Shown in pieces: positions 10,258-20,700 of a stretch of 64,000 nucleotides of DNA (positions within the stretch are counted from its first letter, which is position 1; each line of letters starts with the position of its first letter). Both the position numbers and the translations under genes were made by a program. The notes beneath the pieces are model-generated. The model saw nothing but the letters and a program-made list of their open reading frames with translations, did not search any database and was not told where the DNA came from. This stretch comes from a virus. The DNA lies in IMG/VR virus record IMGVR_UViG_3300027782_000035; one strand, written 5' to 3'.

Positions 10258-11247
10258 TTAAAATGTAATAGTGCCAGATGATGTTGTCCATCTGTAGATT
10301 CTGTATCCGCCACTAACAATTGGATATCCAGAATCTAATCCAGTTGTTGCTGTTGCAGCTGGGAATGTATCTGCATATCTAATAATACAAACACCAGAAC
10401 CACCACGACCACCCGCACCAGCGTTTGCACCACCGCCACCGCCACCGCCACCCAAGCCATCTGTTCCAGCAACTGCCACTGGAGTAGTGTCGTATGCACC
10501 AGCACCACCACCACCAGAACCACCAGCACCAGGTGTGCGTCCCAAATATGTTCCACCGCCACCACCGCCTGCATAATATGTAGATGTTCCTGTTATAGAA
10601 GAAAGCGTTCCTGAACCACCAGCACCACCTGCACCAGTAGATGCGTTACCGTTAAAACCAGAAACACCAGAAGCGCCACCGCCACCGCCACCGCCACCTG
10701 CTGCAAATGTAGCAGTGCCGAGACCAGCACCGCCTGATGTACCCTGTGCTGGTGATGTAGAAGGAGTATTTCCAGAACCACCAGTGTTTGTAGTTGAATC
10801 ATTACCGCCACCGCCACCGCCAGAACCACCATCCCTACCAAGATTCCCACCTGGTTGGTTCCCATCATGTCTAGTACCACCACCACCACCGCCAGTAGCA
10901 GTTATAGTTGAAAATACACTATCAGTACCATTAATACCTCTACCAAATACCGAAGTTGCACCTGCACCACTTGCACCAACTGTTACTGTGATTGGAGTAC
11001 CTGCAGTAACAGAAAAACTTGCTGCAGTTCTCATACCGCCACCAGCACCGCCACCAGCATGGTTACAGCCACCGCCGCCACCGCCAGCAACTACAAGATA
11101 TTCAACTGTTGGGGTAGGACTTCCTGGCCAAACACCGCCAGCTTTTGCCTGTGCTTGTGTGTTAGTTGTCCATATTCCCGTGGCGACCGAAGCCGATGTT
11201 GCTGCCACGATTGCAGAAATTTTACCTCCTGGCCATCTTAGACTCAT
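10258..11247 (-). CDS. Glycine-rich adhesin (polyglycine domain)
   Basis: VEYLVVAGGGGGG...YYAGGGGGG...GGSGVCIIRY, very high Gly content. Confidence 0.75.
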   Translation of the reverse strand: MSLRWPGGKISAIVAATSASVATGIWTTNTQAQAKAGGVWPGSPTPTVEYLVVAGGGGGGCNHAGGGAGGGMRTAASFSVTAGTPITVTVGASGAGATSVFGRGINGTDSVFSTITATGGGGGGTRHDGNQPGGNLGRDGGSGGGGGGNDSTTNTGGSGNTPSTSPAQGTSGGAGLGTATFAAGGGGGGGGASGVSGFNGNASTGAGGAGGSGTLSSITGTSTYYAGGGGGGTYLGRTPGAGGSGGGGAGAYDTTPVAVAGTDGLGGGGGGGGANAGAGGRGGSGVCIIRYADTFPAATATTGLDSGYPIVSGGYRIYRWTTSSGTITF

Positions 11248-11648
11248 GTTAGTGCCTCAAAATTAGCAACAAAACTTAATGCACTGGACACACTTGTTTG
11301 TACACCAATAGACTGATTCTCAGTCACATAAAGAGCATTGGTTTTATCTGTTACAATAATAGAAGCATTGGAAGGCACTGTTATTGCAAAGGCAACATAG
11401 TACGGTGTTCCGGAACCCCATGTTGCATTGTTTGAAATTGACACAGTGCATGCAGCATTACTGCCAGTAACATTTGTAACTACAATACTGTTTATTTTGT
11501 TGACTGTATTTGCAGCAGGTGTTAATCCTGTAAGTGCTGTAGTGCCATTGTATGTCCAACTGGTTTGTCCAGCCGTTGTGACAGCTGGTATAATATACGC
11601 TGTATTTCCACGAATTGTTGTTACACTAAGTAAATTTGGGTTTGCCAC
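11244..11648 (-). CDS. Small fibre adaptor protein (paralogue of 5911..6276)
   Basis: MANPNLLSVTTI...KINSIVVTNVTG...VAFAITVPSNASIIVTDKTNALYVTEN; GTG start. Confidence 0.65.
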   Translation of the reverse strand: MANPNLLSVTTIRGNTAYIIPAVTTAGQTSWTYNGTTALTGLTPAANTVNKINSIVVTNVTGSNAACTVSISNNATWGSGTPYYVAFAITVPSNASIIVTDKTNALYVTENQSIGVQTSVSSALSFVANFEALT

Positions 11649-11649
11649 T

Positions 11650-12417
11650 TTATATTCCTCCGAAAATCATTGATATGATAAAAGTTTGTGCTTTGGTATT
11701 TATTTCCGCACCATTAGAAAATATGCTACCTGCATACACTGCCCCAGCAATGCCAACACCGCCAGCCACAGTTAATGCACCTGTTGCGGTTGAAGTTGAT
11801 GCTGTTGTTCTTGTAATTTGCACCCTTCCAGCAGACCCTTGACCAGTACCCGCTTGTAAAACTATTGATCCACCAATTGCAGCAGCAGAGAGACTAGTTC
11901 CATTACCAGCTGTGATATTGACATTACCGGCAGTTTCGTCAGCGCTTCCACTTGTAAGTGTAATAGAACCACCAGCGAAAGTGTCGGTAGAACTTCCTGC
12001 ACTAATAGCAATAGATTTTCCTGGAGAGGTATCACCATAAGTGTAAATATTCCATACATTGGACTGCGATCCACCGTACGCTGCGCTGGCTAAATCATTT
12101 TGTATGGACAGCCTACCACCAATACTAGCACCACCACTGACTAATAGTGCGCCTGTTCCGACCGCAGTTGATGCAGTAGCATTAGTTATGGAAAGCGTAG
12201 TTGATGTAGTGGCACCACGTCCGGTTACAGTCGCAAGTGTATCTGCTTCTGCACCACCTCCGCCTGCAGCCCAACTTAAAGTACCGCTAGTATCTGATGA
12301 TAGTACATATCCATTTACAGCAGCAACTGCCGAAGGAAATGTTAAAGTATACGAACCGCTTGCGGCTGGCTTTAATGTTAGTGTACCAGCATTCGTGTTG
12401 TCAATTTGAATAGACAT
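11650..12417 (-). CDS. Short tail fibre ending ISMIFGGI
   Basis: Fibre motifs YTLTFPS...GYVLSSDTSGTLSW, DTLATVTGRGATT, and two ASTxxxTGALxVxGG copies. Confidence 0.6.
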   Translation of the reverse strand: MSIQIDNTNAGTLTLKPAASGSYTLTFPSAVAAVNGYVLSSDTSGTLSWAAGGGGAEADTLATVTGRGATTSTTLSITNATASTAVGTGALLVSGGASIGGRLSIQNDLASAAYGGSQSNVWNIYTYGDTSPGKSIAISAGSSTDTFAGGSITLTSGSADETAGNVNITAGNGTSLSAAAIGGSIVLQAGTGQGSAGRVQITRTTASTSTATGALTVAGGVGIAGAVYAGSIFSNGAEINTKAQTFIISMIFGGI

Positions 12418-12717
12418 TTATACTCCTATTGAGCCTTGCATATCAGGTTGTGTCATTACCCAAGCATAGCATTTGGCCAAGAAAGTAGTACCTTGACAAG
12501 ATTCTACTTCAGTTAATGCACAGTGATAGCGTCGAAATTCAATATCACGAGTGTCTTCATCTTGTGGCGCAGTTGCGTAACCCGCAACGTCAATCATAAC
12601 TGAATGGCGGTTATCTGGATTGCGTGTGCGAGAGATTGCTGCGGTGACAACACGGAAGTAGGCTCCTGTGAAAGGAACACCATATTGTGAATTTGTTAAA
12701 TCAATTTGAATTGCCAT
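12418..12717 (-). CDS. Small protein, probable fibre chaperone
   Basis: 99-aa ORF directly downstream of the YadA-like fibre. Confidence 0.5.
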   Translation of the reverse strand: MAIQIDLTNSQYGVPFTGAYFRVVTAAISRTRNPDNRHSVMIDVAGYATAPQDEDTRDIEFRRYHCALTEVESCQGTTFLAKCYAWVMTQPDMQGSIGV

Positions 12718-12728
12718 GTTTGTTTTCC

Positions 12729-14462
12729 TTATGCGTATGTAACTTCAGAAGTCTGTATTGTTGCAATCCATCTAATATTAGTTGATGCTGCACCTGTAGC
12801 TGTAATAGCAAGACTGCCATTAGTTGTATCTGCTGTCAATGCTATAGTCCATCCTGGAACATTACTTATTGTGTTAATAGCTGAAGCAACTAGCACCGTA
12901 CTTGCAGCAGTTCCTTCTCTGCGGATTAATCCTTCTACTCGCCATGCTGCTGAAGCAGTTCCACCCGCTGCTTGCTGACGAGCCACAATAGTGCCAAAAA
13001 ATGCAAATGCAGAATTATTAGGAAGTGTAACTTGACTCGAAGTGCTTGCAGCTAAGTAGCTATAAGAACTAAGAGCTGTAGGAGTTGCACCTGTAGTTGT
13101 CAAATTTAAAATTAACATTCCAGCCTGAGAATCTCCCGCACCAGAATTAGATGATCCACTGGAAAATGCGAATTTACCTTTAACATTAGATACTGCACCA
13201 TCTCCTAAAGCAAAAGATGAACTTTGAGATGCAGTTGCTCCCCAACCTGTACCTGCTCCAGCAATTACTACACTTCCACCCCCACTTGCATTGGCTGAAG
13301 CACCTAAAGCAATAGATTGAGTAGCAGAAGCGGTGGCTGTGCCTGTGGATGCTACAAAAGATTGCAAACCACTTGCTCGAGCAAGATTGCCTATTGCTAT
13401 ACTACTATTACCAGTTGCGCCATAACTACTCGTATTATTTGTCACACCAGCAGCAAACGAGTCTATACCAGAAGCGTAGGATCCACCAAGAGCCATTGCT
13501 CCTGCACCTGTTACTGCAACTGACGCTGTAGAACCAGAATTTGAGCCTATAGCACAACTATTTAAACTTGTTGCACTAGTAGATCCAGAACTACATGCAC
13601 CAATAGCTATTGCATGATGACCACTAGCAGTAGCGCCCCCACTCCTTGCGCCTATAGCAATTGCCGCCCATCCAGAAGCAATTGCTCCAGTGCCTTGTGC
13701 GGTATTGCCGCCGATAGCAACAGAACCTTCATTGGTACTTTGTGTATACGCACCGATAGCAACAGAACCCGCGCCAGTAGCTATTGGTCTTGTATCACCG
13801 TTTCCTATATTTTCAGCATACCCACGCATTGTTTTCTTATCGCCCGTCTGCCAATTTGTGCCATCGCACACAATCTGCATACCCTCACCACGTCGAAGAA
13901 TTAGGGTAGTTCGTCCATCAATAGTTTCAGAACCAGCAGGGTCAATAGTAATTGCATCAGCGGTAGTAGCGGAGGTATTCCAAATGGTTACGTTAAACCC
14001 TGCACCGAGTGTAGCAGCAGCAGTTAATGAAACTGTAAACGTACCAGAAGTGCAATTAATGATCGTGCCCAGATCACCTGCAATAACTGTATATGCAGCT
14101 GTTTTATTACTAATGGTTATCGCACTTACACCACCACCACCAGAAACTGTTGCCCATTGAACACCAGTTACAGTTGATTGTAGAACTTGTCCATTTGTAC
14201 CTACTCCGCCACCAGCGGTTAATGTTCCCGTAAGAACTGCAGCTGACAAAGTTTTATTAGTAAGAGTATCAGTGGTTGCTTTACCAACTAGCGTATCTGT
14301 TGCAGCTGGCAAGGTTAGTGTGGTTGTTCCTGCTGTAGCAGTTGCAAGCAGTGTGGTTGTTCCAGATGTTGATCCAGAAAAAATTGCAGATGTTCCCAGC
14401 GATAAAGTTGTATCTATCGTTGCCGATCCGTATATTCTTGTACCGCTATTTAATTTTGCCAT
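12729..14462 (-). CDS. Tail fibre with YadA/Hep-Hag-like head repeats
   Basis: Repeated AxGxxSxAIG units (ATGAGSVAIG, ASGHHAIAIG, ATGNSSIAIG) after a fibre shaft. Confidence 0.7.
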   Translation of the reverse strand: MAKLNSGTRIYGSATIDTTLSLGTSAIFSGSTSGTTTLLATATAGTTTLTLPAATDTLVGKATTDTLTNKTLSAAVLTGTLTAGGGVGTNGQVLQSTVTGVQWATVSGGGGVSAITISNKTAAYTVIAGDLGTIINCTSGTFTVSLTAAATLGAGFNVTIWNTSATTADAITIDPAGSETIDGRTTLILRRGEGMQIVCDGTNWQTGDKKTMRGYAENIGNGDTRPIATGAGSVAIGAYTQSTNEGSVAIGGNTAQGTGAIASGWAAIAIGARSGGATASGHHAIAIGACSSGSTSATSLNSCAIGSNSGSTASVAVTGAGAMALGGSYASGIDSFAAGVTNNTSSYGATGNSSIAIGNLARASGLQSFVASTGTATASATQSIALGASANASGGGSVVIAGAGTGWGATASQSSSFALGDGAVSNVKGKFAFSSGSSNSGAGDSQAGMLILNLTTTGATPTALSSYSYLAASTSSQVTLPNNSAFAFFGTIVARQQAAGGTASAAWRVEGLIRREGTAASTVLVASAINTISNVPGWTIALTADTTNGSLAITATGAASTNIRWIATIQTSEVTYA

Positions 14463-14488
14463 TTTATTATTTCATTTGGTTACTGTTG

Positions 14489-14496
14489 TATTTATT
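14489..14496 (-). promoter_or_regulatory. Late promoter variant AATAAATA
   Basis: Intergenic ATAAATA core upstream of the 14462 start. Confidence 0.55.
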
Positions 14497-14500
14497 GTCT

Positions 14501-16057
14501 TTAAATACCGTATCTTCCACGCAGTGCATTGAAATTTGTTGTGATTTCATCTGCTGTGAGTGCTCTGTTGTATACCATCTGGCTATAAATCTTTCCATTC
14601 AATAATTCACCACCATTAGCTGCACTACCAGTCACATCAGCACCCAATCTAAAATTAGCACCTACAAGAATTGATGATGACAATGTTCCTGAATTTACTT
14701 GTACTCCATTTTTGTAAAGTATTACTGACCCACCGGAATTTCTTGTTACTGCCATATGATATGTTCCTGCTGATAGTGGAGCGCCTGGAAAATAAACACT
14801 TCCATCTAAATAAACACCATATTCTCCAGCTATCCATAGGTAATTAGTAGTGTAACCAACCCCATAATTTCCAAATATTTCACCGCCATTGTTAGGAGCA
14901 GTTATTGTATAGAAACAAGAGAATGTGAATGGATTGGTTCCTGTTATTATATTATTTGTGTTTAAATCAACATAGTCATTCGATCCATCAAAGACTAATC
15001 CACCACCATTAGAACTATTAAATGCAACTCCGTTGTTTAATGTTCCATTATTTCCATTACCACTCAAATCAGTCCATGTTGAACCAGATCCTGAATAACT
15101 AGTAGTCTGTCCAGCATCAAGCCACAGCTTCAAACTACTATCAACAATAGGTGCTCCTGTGAATTCATCAAACTCACCATTTATTAATAAAGTACCTGAA
15201 CTCTGTTGTCGTTGAACCACTGGCATTTGAGTTGCTGTTATAGATGCTAATCCGTATCTACTTTGTAAAGCATTATAATTTTGTATCACTTCAGCTGCGG
15301 TCAATACTCGGTTGTAGAACCTGTAACTACCTATTCGTACATTAGCGTAACCTCCATATCCTGCACCTGGTCGGTTATATGTACCTAGAGTGTGTTCACC
15401 TGCATTACCACTTGGTCCACCAGTATATACTCCAGTAGTGGTTATTATTTCTTGATTACCGTTAATGTATACATTCTGTAAGCCGTTAGTCATAGTGACT
15501 GTAATATTATACCAAGAACCAGTGCTAAATGTAGTAGAGGATAGGGAGGTTGAAAAATATGCACCATCATCATAGAAATATATTTGTAATTTTCCTGCCT
15601 GAAAAAGCATTCGCAACTCAGGTTGATCGCTATTATCTACTATCCAAAAGTATCCGTTATCACTTATTCTCTTTATCCAATAATCTATAGTTAAACTGGC
15701 TGGTGCAAATCCAGTTACAGGAAGCGTGATATGATCGTTGGTACCATCCAGTTGAATACATCCGCCACCATCGTTACTAATAAAAGTCGGCGAATTGACA
15801 AGAGTACCATTGTTACCATTACCACTCAAATCTGTCCAAGTGGTTCCTGATCCACTGTAACTAGCAGTCTGACCAGCATCTAACCACAGCTTTAGACTAC
15901 TATCTACGACAGGTGCTCCAGTAAATTCATCCAGTGTGCCAGCATAAACCGTATTTGATGTTGTTCTAAACTTTGTCGGAGCAATGGAAGTATTCTCGTC
16001 AAAACTACCGTTGACTAATAATGTTCCTGTATTGGTGAGTCTTGTGGCTATTGGCAT
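14501..16057 (-). CDS. Tandem LamG/ConA-like lectin domain protein
   Basis: Two copies of LKLWLDAGQT.SYSGSG.TWTDLSGNGNNGTL...DG.ND...YNR.LTA.E...N.NAL..RYG. Confidence 0.85.
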   Translation of the reverse strand: MPIATRLTNTGTLLVNGSFDENTSIAPTKFRTTSNTVYAGTLDEFTGAPVVDSSLKLWLDAGQTASYSGSGTTWTDLSGNGNNGTLVNSPTFISNDGGGCIQLDGTNDHITLPVTGFAPASLTIDYWIKRISDNGYFWIVDNSDQPELRMLFQAGKLQIYFYDDGAYFSTSLSSTTFSTGSWYNITVTMTNGLQNVYINGNQEIITTTGVYTGGPSGNAGEHTLGTYNRPGAGYGGYANVRIGSYRFYNRVLTAAEVIQNYNALQSRYGLASITATQMPVVQRQQSSGTLLINGEFDEFTGAPIVDSSLKLWLDAGQTTSYSGSGSTWTDLSGNGNNGTLNNGVAFNSSNGGGLVFDGSNDYVDLNTNNIITGTNPFTFSCFYTITAPNNGGEIFGNYGVGYTTNYLWIAGEYGVYLDGSVYFPGAPLSAGTYHMAVTRNSGGSVILYKNGVQVNSGTLSSSILVGANFRLGADVTGSAANGGELLNGKIYSQMVYNRALTADEITTNFNALRGRYGI

Positions 16058-17736
16058 TATGCAAACACCGTATCCAAACCACCAGCGGTGGCATTATATA
16101 CCTGATATACTACGCTTACATTACTTGCGTTTACGAAACCTACTTTACTTGCTGAGCCAACATAAATGTTACCAGCCACACCTAAACCACCACCAATTTT
16201 TACTGCGCCAGTAGTGCTTGAAGTAGAAGCTGTTGTATCTGAGAAAGTTGGTGCACCAGTAAAAGTACCAGATACTGCACCACTATTAATTGTTGGTGAT
16301 GTTAAAGTTTTGTTGGTTAGTGTTTGAGAACCAGTTAGTGTGGCAACAGTTGAATCAATTGCAACAGTAACTGCAGCTGATCCATTAAAAGATGTACCAG
16401 AAAGTCCTGTACCAATAGTTAATGTATTGGTAACACTACCTGCAGATCCTGTAGTGTTCTGGTTAAGTGTAGGAATATCAAGAGCGACAAGTGCTCTAAA
16501 TGTTGGTGTGCCAGCTGCTCCACTTGGAGCAGCTAATACAGTATTAGCAGTTTGTGATGCAAAGTTTGCTGGAATAACTGATGTTAGATACGCTACGTTA
16601 CTTCCTGCAGTAGCTAAACCTTTAGCATTAATTGTTATGTTATTAAATGTTCCTACGTTACTATTAACAGTAGCTAGAGTTGTAGCAATAGATGTAGTAC
16701 CAGAACCGGTAATATCTCCAGTCAATGAAATAGACTGGTTGGCAGTTAAGTATGTATTAGTATCAATTACGTAAGTATCTTGAGCTGAGCGTTTAATGAA
16801 ACCAGCAGTTGCTGTTGTCATGAATGTAGCTAGATTAGTAATAGCTGGACCAACAACTGGATTGATTGTTACATTGGATGCTGAGTTAGCATTCCATGCA
16901 GCACTAAAGTTAAGGGCAATTGCAGTATTTGTTAAACCAGCAGTCGCTGCAGAAGCACCAAGTGTACCTGCATTAACAGTAGGAATATCACTAGTAAGAG
17001 CCATTGTGCCAGTTGTGGCTGGCATTGTAATGGTAGTAGTTCCTGCTGTAGCAGTTGCTTTAAGTACAGTAGTTCCAGAAGTGGAACCATTAAATGTAGC
17101 ACCAGTACCACCGATAGTAGGTAATGTTAAAGTCTTATTTGTAAGAGTTTGTGCACCAGTTAATGTAGCAACTGTTGAATCAATAGCAATTGTTACAGCT
17201 GAAGATCCATTAAAGGATGTACCAGAAAGTCCTGTACCAATAGTTAGTGCATTTGTAGTAGTACCACCGCCTGCAACGACAGTACCCCAAGATACTGTGC
17301 TTCCATCAGTCGTTAGATACTTTCCAGAATTTCCAGTTAAAGATGGAAGACCATAACCAATTGTTAGACTTGTGAATCCAACTAAGTTGACTATATCGCC
17401 AGCGGAACATGCAATAGATAATATCACATTACTACCACTAGTTGCAGTATAGTCTGCACTAGATAATCTAACGCCATTGACGTATACGTTTACGAATGGA
17501 GCAGTGTAGGATACTGAAAATGTTGTTTGACTTGCAGAAGCAGTGTATGTTTGAAAGTCAAGCGCAGCGCTTCCTCCAGCTCCGGCTGTAGTAAATGACT
17601 TAACTTGATTTAAGGAATTTTTGAAGTATAGCTTTTCGTCAGCATAGTTGATTGCTAACTCGCCATAATCAAGATCGGTCGTAAGAGGGACCTTAGCTGC
17701 TACTGAAGACTTCTTCAGCAAGACTTTATTTGACAT
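16057..17736 (-). CDS. Tail fibre protein
   Basis: N-terminal MSNKVLLKKSSVAAKVPLTTDLDYGELAINYADEKLYFKN (fibre attachment type); internal duplicated ~45-aa repeat. Confidence 0.75.
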   Translation of the reverse strand: MSNKVLLKKSSVAAKVPLTTDLDYGELAINYADEKLYFKNSLNQVKSFTTAGAGGSAALDFQTYTASASQTTFSVSYTAPFVNVYVNGVRLSSADYTATSGSNVILSIACSAGDIVNLVGFTSLTIGYGLPSLTGNSGKYLTTDGSTVSWGTVVAGGGTTTNALTIGTGLSGTSFNGSSAVTIAIDSTVATLTGAQTLTNKTLTLPTIGGTGATFNGSTSGTTVLKATATAGTTTITMPATTGTMALTSDIPTVNAGTLGASAATAGLTNTAIALNFSAAWNANSASNVTINPVVGPAITNLATFMTTATAGFIKRSAQDTYVIDTNTYLTANQSISLTGDITGSGTTSIATTLATVNSNVGTFNNITINAKGLATAGSNVAYLTSVIPANFASQTANTVLAAPSGAAGTPTFRALVALDIPTLNQNTTGSAGSVTNTLTIGTGLSGTSFNGSAAVTVAIDSTVATLTGSQTLTNKTLTSPTINSGAVSGTFTGAPTFSDTTASTSSTTGAVKIGGGLGVAGNIYVGSASKVGFVNASNVSVVYQVYNATAGGLDTVFA

Positions 17737-17741
17737 ACATG

Positions 17742-17781
17742 CTCCTAAAAAGGAATAATTTTAGGAGGATAAAAATCCTCC
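17742..17781 (-). promoter_or_regulatory. Double hairpin leader; the second hairpin pairs with the Shine-Dalgarno
   Basis: - strand reads GGAGGAT-TTTT-ATCCTCC, then TTCCT-TTTT-AGGAG, a few nt before ATG 17736. Confidence 0.5.
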
Positions 17782-17796
17782 ATCATATACTATATA

Positions 17797-20700
17797 TTAA
17801 TACGTGCCACCATCAATAGCAAATCCATCAAGTGTAGATGTTGCTGCTCCTGCACCTGTAATATTTGTTCCAACGTATATAGTCTTTGCTACTGATAAAC
17901 CACCCGATAGAACTACTGGAGCAGTACCCAATGCTGATGCATCGGTTGTAGAAGTAAATGTTACGTTACCAGATGCAGCAACTGTTGTACCACTGAAACT
18001 AGATAATGTAATCGTCTTATTACTTAGCGATTCGCTTCCTGCTAGAGTAGCTAGTGTGCCAGTCGTTGGTAGTGTTAATGTAGTTGCTCCAGTAGCAGTT
18101 AGTGTAGTGGCAAAGGCGCCTGCTGTACTAAAGTTACCTGCAATATCAATATTACCCGCAAGTTTAATACTTCTTGCGGCGTTAACCATATCAAGAGTTA
18201 AGGTTCTTCCAGCAGTAAGGACGGTAGAAGAAGTTGCTGCGATAGTTACATCGAATGCTGCAGAAGTATCACGAATTGCTAAAGTGGTAAGGCCAGAAGC
18301 CGCACCACCATTAATCGTAGGACTTGTTAAAGTTTTATTAGTAAATGTTTCTGAGCCAGTAAGTGTTGCTAATGTGCCAGTTGTTGGCAGTGTTACTGTA
18401 GTTGTTCCAGTAGCAGTCAGTGTAGTACTAAACGCACCAGCGGTTGCTAAAGTAGAACCATTAACTAGCGTTAATGTGCCAGTAGTACTTGTTATTGTTA
18501 AACCATTAACGGTTTTATTAGTCAATGCTTCAGAACCTGCTAGAGTTGCTAAAGTGCCAGTAGTTGGTAGAGTAACGCTAGTATTTGCAGTAGCAGTAAA
18601 CGTTTGAGTAAATGATCCAGCATAAGATACGTTACCCGCCAATGTTAATGTATTAGAACCATTATTAACACCAGTACCACCATAAGTAGAACCAATTAAA
18701 GAACCATTCCAAGTACCAGTACCGATAGTTCCAAGAGTAGTAATAGTTGCCTGACCGACATAAGCAGTAGAGATGTCAATTGCATCAGCTGCAACACTAA
18801 TTCTATTAGCAGTACCAACTGCATTAATAGTGTTACCGGATTTAGTAAGACCATCACCTGCAATAATTTGACCAGCGCCAGAGAACTGACTAAAGTTAAT
18901 TGCTGAAGTGCCAATAGTAATCGCACTATCGGTATTTATGACATAACCGTTATCTTGATTAGTAGCACCTTCTTCAACAAAGAAGAATACGCCTGGCCCA
19001 ACTTCAACACCTGGACTATTATCAAAGTCAGTGGCACGAGTAAGTACCCAGTTAACAGAAGCCGTACCAATTGTTGTAACAGTGTAGACACCATTTTGCA
19101 ATGCAGCTGCTTGATCTTTAACAAGAACACGATTGCCAACTGATAAGTTAATACCATCAAGAGCGAAAGCAGCTTGCGTACCAGAGTTGGTTAATGTGGC
19201 ACCAACACCAGCAGTACCATTATCATATGCTGCAGTTAATGCAATAGTTGTTGCTGCACGAACTGATTGTTTAACATCAAGACCGTTTGATAACGAATCA
19301 ACATATGCTTTAGTCGCAGCATCTTGTGCTTGAGTAGGATCAGCAACGGAAGTGATTCTCTTACTATTAACATCAACAGTACCTGTTCCTGTCGGAACCA
19401 AGCTGATGCTATTATTACCAGAAGCAGCAGTAATAGAAAGGTTACCAGTAGAACCAGTAATGCTAGTAGCAGTTGCAGCACCAATTGTTGGTGTTGTTAG
19501 AGTTGGACTGGTTGAGAATACAACAGTACCAGAACCAGCTTCGTCAGTAAGAGCAGAAGCAAGGTTTGCTGAACTTGGAGTTGCCAAGAATGTAGCAATA
19601 TTAGTGCCAAGACCAGAGATACCAGTTGCAACTGGAAGACCAGTAGCATTAGTAAGTGTAGCTGAAGATGGAGTGCCAAGAGCACCACCATTATAAAGAA
19701 CTGTACCACCAGCACCGAAAGCAACTGAAGAAGAATCAGTGCCAGTGAAGGTTAGAGTATTAGAAGCAGTAAGGGTTTTACCATCAGCAATAGTTAAAGT
19801 AGAACCACTCGCTGGAGCAGTGATTGTTACTTTGTTAATACTAGTAGCACTTGCAACACCAAGAGTAGGTGTTGTTAGCGTTGGACTAGTAGCAAATACT
19901 AAGAGACCAGAACCAGTTTCATCAGAAATTACGCCAGCCAATTCTGCTGAAGTAGTAGCAGAAAAAGCAGATAGTTTATTGCTTGTATATGTAACTGTAC
20001 CGCCAGCACCGAAAGCAATTGAAGAAGCATCAGTACCAGTAAATGTTAATGTGTTACTAACAGTTAGTGTTTTGCTATTTGCGAGTGCTAGAGTACCAGT
20101 GCTTGCATTTATTGTTAATCCATTAATACTAGTAGCACTTGCAACACCAAGAGTTGGAGTTACTAGAGTTGGGCTAGTAGAAAGAACAACTGAGCCAGTA
20201 CCAGTTGCAGTGGCAAACCCAGTATATTTTGCATCCCAAGATGCAGCACTAGTTCCAGAAGCAAGAATGCATAGAACATCAACTGATGTTCCAGGTAAAA
20301 CTGTTACTACTAAATTACCACCAGAAGAATTTACCGTTAAATTGCCAGTACTGTTATTCTCAATAAAGTATTGATCGCCAATCACCATAGTGCTAGCAAC
20401 AGGAAGAACAATAGTTTGTGTAGTACTACCGGTAAAGAATTGATTCTGTGTGCTTGCTGCAGTTAATGTAGTCGTACCAGCTGCAGTAGCAGTAGTTGTA
20501 TAACCTAGTCTAAGATTATTAACTGGAAGTGTAGAACCAGCAAAACCCGCTGTACCAATATAGCGATAACCGTAAATGTAAATTACACTAGAACCAGTCA
20601 TCCCAGTCGGGATTGTGCCACCCAAGAAGTGTAGTGTACCAGCTTGATAATCAAAATACCATTCGCCAGTTCCACCAGATCCGTCAGCAAAAATCTGCGT

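Noticed and set aside
15040-15940. Duplicated LamG segments as a DGR template/variable repeat pair
   Set aside because: Differences are mostly synonymous and not adenine-specific, both copies are coding, and there is no reverse transcriptase in the window.
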